Source of the DNA: Tubulanus polymorphus
Lineage: Eukaryota; Animalia; Nemertea
DNA length: 64,000 bases
NCBI RefSeq assembly: GCF_964204645.1
Contig: NC_134035.1
Location: 10,510,451 to 10,574,450, forward strand
Direction of reading: 5' to 3'
In this document: positions 59,901 through 64,000 of the stretch, in pieces
Layout: the number at the start of each line of letters is the position of its first letter
Position numbering within the stretch: position 1 is the first letter of the stretch
Made by a program: the position numbers and the translations under genes
Notes under the pieces: generated by a model
What the model saw: only the letters and a program-made list of their open reading frames with translations
The model's database searches: none
What the model was told of the DNA's origin: nothing

Positions 59901-62900
59901 AGATTGAACCGAGGGAGGCAGTTAATTAAGTAATTTCCATTGCAGATAAAAATATCAATACACGATTTTCCCAATACACTTTTTCCTCGACGCTCAATTA
60001 AAACTGTGAACAAAGCATATCGTATTGGAGCTCTTTTATATACAACGTCTAATCAATAATAGTAACACCTGTTTGGGCGATTACGATCGAAATGTTTTCC
60101 CTGATTTCCGTTGATCGATCAAATCACGATATTTGACGGTACACGTGATTAAACAGCTCAACGGGTTCTAGTATTCGCAGTTATGAAAACGGTTCATAGA
60201 CGCGTATATTGAATGTTCGAATTCCGATAATTTCGTGAATAATCGACTAATTTCATAAATAAAACGTTCTTCATTCATCACGATTTCTAAAGGATATCCA
60301 ACTGATCTATTCTTTACAAAGGGAATTGTTTTCCTACAGATGTGTCGAGGTTTTGTTCCATTTTCTCGCATTCTTTGAATTTTCATAAATCTTTAGATTT
60401 TTTATACGACCGGGAACGGCTTGCACCGACACTGGGCTTTGAAAGGAGGTAACTACAAGGCAATGTTCATTAGTAACCTTTTATCTTTGTAAAACCGTGT
60501 AGATATTGCGCAGGGTTCCCATTATCTGGTCTAACTGACATTTCTATATAGATTTTTTGAATTTGAAACGTGCATTTGTTTAACATTTGTTTAATTACTG
60601 GTACTTCACCAATTTCGAGGACTCTAAGGCAGCTTTCGTTTGAATCGATATTCCGGAATATCGATTCTGGATTAGCTCCCTACCGGCCGCTCTATCAATT
60701 TTACATGCTATTTCGTAATTGGCAGAGTGTCGAACTTGCCAGATGAGGAATCGGTAGAGACCCGTCGAAACCTGCCTATAAAGTGCCCCTAATGTTTACC
60801 TCCGATAGGCCTTGTACGAGTCGTATCGCGCACGTAGCCTCGTAGCCTAACTTGTCGATTCCAACCGGAAGCAGTAGATTTAGCACGCAAGACGTTAGTA
60901 TACTTCCACCAAATAACCTGTAAGCAAAGCAGAAATTAGAAACGATTTTCTAAGTTAAGATATTTCAGTCTATACTTGATCCATCAAACATTATTCGAAG
61001 CAAATCATTGATGATGCACTAAGTCCGCTGTTGAAAAGATGAAATAAAATCCCAACAAGAATTGAAAGGATGCGAAAAGCGACACTGAAACATCTTAGAG
61101 TCAGGAATGTCATCTTAGAACTAGAAATGTTTCTTTGAGCTAGTAGTTGGTTTAACGTTTCAGCCATATCCTACGATAGTCATTTTCAGGAATACCGATT
61201 TTTACATATCTGGTGTGGGATTTTATATCATTATGTAATGCAACCTATCTAGGAATGCTGATTTTTTTCTGGTGTAGGTTTTTTTTAATGACTGCACGTA
61301 CCTATGTCCCGGTAACTTCGTGGCCAGAAAACCGCCCGGTATTTGAGTAACTAAAAAACCGACGTAGAATATACTGTGCAGAAAACCGACCATTTTCGAT
61401 GTCCATCTCGCAGTTGGTAGCTACAAAGTGAAACACATCGGAAACCACTTCAGACAACATTAGAACAAACATTATTAGTAAAACCAATAACTATAGCATA
61501 TTTATTTTTTTTTCCAGCTGGAAAGGTGCGAATTGGGGATCGATATCCAATATAGTTAACCCGGAGTATAGTATAGAAACTGGGCCGTATTAAAATCGAT
61601 TTCGTGATTTTGAAATAGGCCGGGCATACAGGCAAGATAAAAAGGTTTTCACACAACATCTAAATGACGAAAGTTCGCGCCGACAATATTACGCAGATTC
61701 GTAATAAATGCGTACTAATAATTAGTTAATACGGAGGAATTTGATAGAGAATGATTTGTAGTAATTCAGCAGGTAAATAAAATGTCATCTGTTTAAACAC
61801 GATAAAAATCGACCCGTTCAAAATCATATATACCACCGATACATTTTATTTGATAGGAATTCGTTACAATAAATATGTGCTCCGACTTAAAGTTGGTCCC
61901 CGACACCGTCACGGGTATGATATAAGTTTTCGTCGGAATTGTGCGTCGGTTTTAACTATGCACAAAAAGTGTAAACATAAAACCTTTCCTAAGGTTTCAT
62001 CGTTCAATCATTAAAAGGTTAACGGCATTTCGGGGTAACTGATCTAACACTTCCATCTCTTTCTAAACAACAAGGACATAGATTTGAGAGAAGAGACGCA
62101 AATGAAAGTTTGATCGTCACGCAAATACTCAATTTCTTAAAGGATTACTTAAAGCACAGGGACCAGTTTTATAGACTGGTAGGCCTATTAACTTTAACCC
62201 GGGGGTTAAATGGATTAAGTTAGCCCCGAGTTCAATTCAAATTCCAGTCTATATAACCAGCGTCTGATGTTTACGTCACTAATTGTATGATTCAAAATCG
62301 ATAAAGACCAATCGAAATATAACCGTCAGAGAAATGTTCGTAAGAAATGCAATTGCTGAAGAAAAGTTACACATATTATACATTGATATAAATTCGGATT
62401 AATAGGCTCGGATTATGATGACTAATCAGCACACGACTTCTGTAAAATAGTATATCCTTTCTATAGTGCAACCCGTATAAATATAAGGCACATGTTGTGC
62501 AGCTGTGAGCGGTATTATTGAGAGCTATATGTATAGAAATATTTGATTAGCGGAATATCTATACGTCGAACAGACCTCGATTTTGTGCTGTTTGATGTCT
62601 TCTTCCACGAACGCTTGTACCGGATTTACCAACTATAGACAAACGATAGAGTAGTAAAGTAGCGAAACCTCTATTTCATACCGTCCGAACAATAATGGAT
62701 CGATATCGAAAAAAGTAATACTGAAATTCCATCGCAATTATTCAGGCATATTATATGGACAGTTTATTCGATATGCATATTCTATTATGACAGTTCGAAT
62801 TTTATTTCGGATTTTAATTCTCAAAATTGTATCAAATATACACGGAATATAATAAACGGATGTTTCCCCAGCACCAGTTCATGTATACGTAATATCTGAT

Positions 62901-63724
62901 TATTTGCTGTATATAGATAGATATATGTTAAAATAATTTCCGATATTTTTTTGCCGATGAAAACAGTCATCGAGTAGAGTGTGAAAGCGTCGGAAAATGT
63001 GAAATACACAGCATCAAAAGATAACTTCATTAAAAAAACGAAATACGCCAGTAGTTGGCGAAGAAGATATACAGGCAATATACACGAATTTGAAAAACTT
63101 TCACCTAAACAGTCATTTTTGAAATAAAACTACTCGGTATTATGCGCATTTGACTTAATATGATGAATGTATAGTTAGCAATTTTGTACATTTTAAGTTA
63201 CGTCTATATCAGAAATTCGCAACGAAATATGATTTCGATTTCATCAACAGAATATCAGTTTCGTCTCGAAGTACAGCAACTGCGTTTGAAATTGAGAAAT
63301 CTGCTTTTTTCAACAAAATTTTGCAACCATTCACTTTATCCATACATACTTAAAACATTAGGCAAAATAGAATTTAATCCCTACAACGCGCCGAAGAGGC
63401 ATTTCATGTACGGAAATCAACGCCATAGAATCATTTAATTTTAATTTGGATAGGTTGCAACGGAGTCTCATGATGAAGTGTCATAGTTGTAAACATTGAA
63501 AGGCACAAATCGACTAAAATATCTTGGAATATTTTCATTGAAATAAAGTAAAATAAAGAGTAATACATATTTGAATATATTGATGATTGAATAGTGTCCA
63601 CTTTAGCCCACTACCTTACTGTCTGACGCATGCTCATTACCTGCATTTCGGACAGCTCTTCAAGGCGCTCGAGGGGGCTGGGTGGTGTGGGTGGGTAAGT
63701 TGGCGCGGGCGAGGACCCGTTGTT
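53958..63724 (-). CDS. SLC17 / vesicular glutamate transporter-like MFS protein (5' exons beyond window). Exons: 63641-63724, 61302-61420, 60800-60917, [59768-59855 or 57750-57837], 57382-57468, 57025-57158, 55826-55972, 55368-55500, 55173-55283, 54843-54970, 54347-54431, 53958-54187
   Basis: [55 protein letters not shown] motifs; GT-AG introns with consistent phases; the 63641-63724 exon is supported by splice sites and phase only. Confidence 0.88.
55043..55150. mobile_element. Palindromic MITE in SLC17 intron (relative at about 62160-62265)
   Basis: GGTTTTATA.ACTGGTATTACCTT ... AAGGTAATACCAGTCTATAAAACC. Confidence 0.7.
57750..57837 (-). other. SLC17 mutually exclusive exon A ([30 protein letters not shown])
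   Basis: 88 nt, TTTAG| ... |GTAAGT, phase 0 to 1, homologous to exon B. Confidence 0.8.
59768..59855 (-). other. SLC17 mutually exclusive exon B ([30 protein letters not shown])
   Basis: 88 nt, AAACAG| ... |GTAAAA, phase 0 to 1; closer to the VGLUT-type [23 protein letters not shown]. Confidence 0.85.
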
Positions 63725-64000
63725 CTATAATCATTCAGTGAAAAAGGTGATTTTTAGATACTACAAATAATTACCTTCGCGATCGTAAAATATTTTCAAA
63801 AATGTCAATATCAAAATTTGAACTGAATAACGAAGCTAATGCGATTCAGGCGAGGTCGAGGTCACAGCGCGTCATATTGGACTGAAGCAAAATGTAACAT
63901 CTGAAAAACTGATGCATGTGAACTATACGCGTGGTATTCGACGAGTGATATCTTCAGAGGATCCAGTTCCGAAGTTGTGCAAAGTCGATATATGGGTAAA

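Overview
AT-rich invertebrate-animal (eukaryotic) genomic DNA with GT-AG introns and many MITE, LINE, SINE and Penelope remnants. The main feature is an array of 7 intact type II membrane GT32 (DXD; OCH1/SUR1/A4GALT-like) glycosyltransferase genes with uninterrupted CDSs, plus one truncated pseudogene. Four copies lie on + (2.7-19.3 kb), three on - (33.5-48.6 kb), and the pseudogene on + (49.5-50.3 kb). The paralogs are nearly identical except at a few short hypervariable cassettes, which are shuffled between copies in a patchwork typical of gene conversion; this is a candidate combinatorial glycan-diversification system. Embedded in the array are a 12-coding-exon patatin phospholipase with a myristoylation-type N-terminus and two EF-hand loops, and a 2-exon orphan gene. 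The right end holds a single-exon peptide-type GPCR and a VGLUT-like SLC17 transporter (5' end outside the window) with two 88-nt mutually exclusive exons. Also present are a minisatellite built from tandem 3' splice-acceptor-like units, minimal hammerhead ribozymes in Penelope-like inverted repeats, and a G-quadruplex-forming tract. All exon models were read by hand; no database searches were run.
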